From Camelus dromedarius (lineage: Eukaryota): a stretch of DNA of 64,000 nucleotides. The position numbers and the translations under genes are program-made. Below, one piece after another: positions 63,242 through 64,000 of the stretch; within the stretch, counting starts at the first letter, position 1; each line of letters opens with the position of its first letter. The notes below the pieces were generated by a model that saw only the letters and a program-made list of their open reading frames with translations, did not search any database and was not told the DNA's origin. The stretch spans positions 87,484,001 to 87,548,000 of the forward strand of contig NC_087437.1 in NCBI RefSeq assembly GCF_036321535.1, read 5' to 3'.

Positions 63242-64000
63242 AACTGGATGATGAAGGAGATAAGGGGAAATGAAACAGTGAAATATTAAACTCCCTTTAT
63301 GTCATGCTAAACAATTGACAATTCTGTTGAAAATTTTAGAAAGCCATTGAACAATTTATAGTAAGGTAGTCACAAGATCACCTTTTTATTTAGATATATG
63401 CCCCTGAGACCTGTGTGAGAGAAAAGTTGAAGTAGAGACTGGTGAAAAAACTATGTTATTTATATGTGTATACAAGTTACTTAGCACTAATTTAATAGGT
63501 TGTCACAATTTTAATTGTCTTCAAATACATTTTAAAACTTAAGAAATTGTTTTCTCTGTCAAAAGTATTTGAACATTTAATTTTTTTCATTTTTTAAGTT
63601 ATAAAACTGTTTATCTACAGATGATGCTGAAATAATTAGAACAGGAGTGTGTGAAAATTTTCAATGTTTTGCTTCTTTGGTTACATTGGAAATAATCTGG
63701 TTTCATATAGATATAACAACATGTAAAGTTATTTTGAACAGTTCAAGTAAACAGACCCATCTGCTTCTTCCATGTTATAGAGTAAAAGTTTGCAAACAGT
63801 TCTCTTTCATGAGATTACTTTGTTCCTAATGAGCTTTTATGTGATTTCATCTTAAAGGTACACCCCTGACAATAAATTCTGAATTACTCCCTTATTCCCT
63901 TGTTCCAAATGTAAGTCTCTTATAAGAAGTAAGGTGTTTTTATATTTTTTAAATGGCTGACCTCAGCTGAATTCTGCTTCTAAAAAAAGAATCAGAAAAT

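Noticed and set aside
63401..63420. CCCTGAGACC resembling the miR-125 5' end
   Set aside because: The match stops after about 10 nt and no precursor hairpin is visible.
1..64000. CRISPR arrays, operons or prokaryotic defence systems
   Set aside because: The sequence is clearly mammalian (MIR, L2, L1, MaLR). There are no repeat-spacer arrays or long ORFs, and the short tandem duplications have only two copies and no spacers.

Overview
AT-rich, CpG-depleted mammalian non-coding DNA (intergenic or deep intronic). It is probably from a camelid: two young LINE-1 3' ends (27648-27805 and 28533-29160) resemble camelid-type L1 tails as I recall them, unverified. I recognise no protein-coding gene, tRNA, rRNA or miRNA. 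The ORF track is chance ORFs plus L1/LTR remnants. The window holds many old eutherian repeats (L1M, L2, MIR, MLT1/MaLR, ERVL LTRs, hAT and Tigger MITEs), including several nested insertions, and a few lineage-specific ones. The best signal not explained by repeats is a series of minus-strand exon-like segments with good GT-AG splice signals. They cluster at 58.7-60.3 kb, with further candidates at about 53.3, 52.7, 42.4 and 4.7 kb. This suggests a spliced transcript I cannot identify (lncRNA, 5' UTR exons or a small-ORF gene). Two diverged local duplications and a few candidate regulatory patches are also present. Repeat family names come from visual recognition of consensus motifs, and most boundaries are approximate. 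I see no well-supported novel biological system beyond these candidates.
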